Source of the DNA: Syntrophorhabdaceae bacterium
Lineage (GTDB): Bacteria; Desulfobacterota; Syntrophorhabdia; Syntrophorhabdales; Syntrophorhabdaceae
DNA: 64,000 nt
Direction of reading: 5' to 3'
NCBI GenBank assembly: GCA_963666485.2
Contig: CAXXUO010000003.1
Location: forward strand, 160,001 to 224,000
Part shown: one piece after another, positions 63,362 through 64,000 of the stretch
How positions within the stretch are numbered: the stretch's first letter is position 1
Layout: every line of letters begins with the position of its first letter
Notes under the pieces: generated by a model
Seen by the model: the letters and a program-made list of their open reading frames with translations, nothing else
What the model was told of the DNA's origin: nothing
The model's database searches: none
Made by a program: the position numbers and the translations under genes

Positions 63362-64000
63362 ATGAAAACGAACAAGTGGATGATTGACCCCAAGGACGCA
63401 GTTCTGTTACTGATTGATCATCAAAGCGGGTTGTTCCAATTGGTCCGGGACATTGACCAGCTTACCCTGCGCTCGCACGTGACCGCCCTCGCAAAGGTGG
63501 CACGACTCGCTAAGATCCCTACGTTCACAACGGCCTCGGTCCCTGACGGACCGAACGGTCCCCTCATTCCCGAAATCCATCAGTACAACCCCGAAGCCGT
63601 TTACATTCCGCGGACCGGCCAGATCAACGCCTGGGACAACCCGGCATGGATCGAAGCTATCGAGAAAACGAAACGCAAGACTCTACTCATCGCCGGCACG
63701 CTCACGAGCGTCTGCATGTCCTTTCCCGCACTCAGCGCCCTCGTAGCCGGGTACAAGGTGTTCTGTATCATCGATGCCTCGGGGAACTGGAGCAAGATGG
63801 CCACCGACGTGACGCTTGCCCGCGTCTCGCAGGCCGGTGCGGTGCCCGTCGATACCTATGCCGTCCTCGCCGAACTGATGAGCACCTGGAACCGGCCCGA
63901 TGCGATGGACTTCGCGCAAATCATGGTCGAGCACATCGTGCCCCCTTACCGTGCACTGATGGAGAGCTACGAGAAGGCACAGAGCGTCCACAAAAGCGGG
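63362..64000 (+). CDS. YcaC-like isochorismatase-family hydrolase (runs off the window end)
   Basis: [24 protein letters not shown]...INAWDN...[18 protein letters not shown]. Confidence 0.88.
   Translation, partial: MKTNKWMIDPKDAVLLLIDHQSGLFQLVRDIDQLTLRSHVTALAKVARLAKIPTFTTASVPDGPNGPLIPEIHQYNPEAVYIPRTGQINAWDNPAWIEAIEKTKRKTLLIAGTLTSVCMSFPALSALVAGYKVFCIIDASGNWSKMATDVTLARVSQAGAVPVDTYAVLAELMSTWNRPDAMDFAQIMVEHIVPPYRALMESYEKAQSVHKSG

Overview
Bacterial chromosome window. Gene content and style suggest an anaerobic deltaproteobacterium/Desulfobacterota, which is inference only. Bases 1-9.6 kb are housekeeping backbone (serA, ArnT-like transferase, rplM-rpsI-argC, flippase-like gene, EamA, fabH), ending at tRNA-Ser(TGA). 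Downstream is a long composite accessory region. It opens with a large serine recombinase whose stop codon lies inside the tRNA 3' end, and carries relic 3' ends of three other tRNAs (Arg, Leu, Sec), a frameshifted CusA/CzcA pump behind an RGPP-motif leader ORF, a Pho/Pst-arsC cluster with Pho boxes, an ArnT plus two-component module, a truncated methyltransferase/PD-(D/E)xK nuclease pair, a Lamassu-like (HNH + ABC three-component) operon with a putative Abi gene, two apparently identical IS256 copies with separate 8-bp target duplications, PAS kinases and a partial chemosensory cluster. Two items are largely missed by the ORF track. (1) At 39.5-40.15 kb is a mosaic of six fragments from different Bro-N antirepressor genes, in both orientations, each centred on its own DNA palindrome at the homologous coding position, next to an excisionase-like HTH, a serine resolvase and the Lamassu operon. 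(2) There is a family of four Cys-rich microproteins (C-x2-C-x16-C-C), three of them in tandem. Several frameshifts are +1 insertions in homopolymers and may be assembly errors.
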